Below are positions 63,961-64,000 of a DNA stretch of 64,000 nt, piece by piece. The notes beneath the pieces were generated by a model that was not told the DNA's origin, searched no databases, and saw only the letters and a program-made list of their open reading frames with translations. The position numbers and the translations under genes were made by a program. Numbering within the stretch: position 1 is the stretch's first letter; each line of letters opens with the position of its first letter. Source of the DNA: the human T2T-CHM13v2.0 reference genome, Homo sapiens; the NCBI RefSeq assembly GCF_009914755.1, contig NC_060935.1; one strand, 5' to 3'.

Positions 63961-64000
63961 GTAAGAACAGGGTAAACTTTTCTGCAGACAGTCCAGAAGC

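Overview
Human genomic DNA, identified from its proteins as the gene-dense 11q13.2 locus. Gene order: last 4 exons of BBS1 (+); complete ZDHHC24 (-, 3 exons, 284 aa); complete ACTN3 (+, 21 exons, 901 aa, intact Arg577 allele); complete CTSF (-, 13 exons, 484 aa); about 21 kb of repeat-saturated intergenic DNA; intronless CCDC87 (-, 849 aa); first two exons of CCS (+). I read every exon boundary from GT/AG sites, and the summed exon lengths give intact reading frames. The intergenic stretch holds dozens of Alus, LTR8-, MER4-, MER83- and LTR10-type LTRs, an internally deleted HERV-H provirus, a tRNA-Lys 5'-half retrocopy and a full-length SVA inserted into an Alu. I found no evidence of a wholly new biological system. 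The best leads are transposon-built regulatory or coding pieces and splice or promoter oddities. Repeat subfamily names and variant identifiers come from memory and need RepeatMasker/Dfam/dbSNP confirmation. Repeat coordinates are approximate.
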